A stretch of DNA of 64,000 nucleotides from Octopus bimaculoides (lineage: Eukaryota): the NCBI RefSeq assembly GCF_001194135.2, contig NC_068995.1:52362204-52426203 (forward strand), read 5' to 3'. A program made the translations under genes and the position numbers. Position 1 is the first letter of the stretch, and every line of letters begins with the position of its first letter. This document shows, piece after piece, positions 63,781 through 64,000 of the stretch. The notes beneath the pieces were generated by a model. That model did no database searches, was not told where the DNA came from, and saw only the letters and a program-made list of their open reading frames with translations.

Positions 63781-64000
63781 AATATTACACAAACACACAC
63801 AATGTTATTGTGATACACTGAATGTGCAACAAGTCTACGTAAAAAATTAGGGCTCAATTCTGGGCTATGTTTAAGTCCCATGCTGGTATAATTCCATCAG
63901 TGAATCATCAATATGAAGTTGGTCTATTATGTACTGTTATAAGCCCAAACTGGAATGTCTAAATTTCAAAGGTTTTAATCAACTAAAAATACAGTAACCT

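Overview
Eukaryotic, AT-rich, repeat-dominated draft-assembly sequence with about 18 N-gaps. The dense (TA)n/(TG)n/trinucleotide microsatellites and the recurring tRNA-headed SINE and RTE-LINE families look like a coleoid cephalopod, probably Octopus; this is inference from recalled repeat families, not a database result. Only one convincing coding exon is present: + strand 41395-42160, with clean AG/GTAAGT borders and 255 open codons. It begins with what looks like the C-terminal helix/strand of a PDZ domain and continues as a Ser/Thr-rich disordered linker, and I cannot name the gene. The rest is intron/intergenic DNA: several SINE-like families (called A, C, E/F, G here), 5'-truncated RTE LINE 3' ends (family B), decayed RTE, CR1/L2-like and R4/Dong-like RT remnants, mariner-derived and TTAA-type MITEs, and minisatellites. 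Almost all ORFs in the supplied track are microsatellite or N-gap artefacts. I found no evidence of a new multi-gene system. The most noteworthy observations are: (i) a near-identical inverted copy of an old, diverged repeat at 2.2-2.5 kb and 44.9-45.1 kb that looks like a templated insertion or a maintained long-range duplex; (ii) a ~370-bp foldback with a perfect 62-bp stem; (iii) a variable-copy double-hairpin array in an RTE 3' UTR; (iv) apparent (TTA)n targeting by SINE-C beside an R4/Dong-like remnant; (v) a sharp switch from CpG-depleted to CpG-normal DNA near 48 kb.
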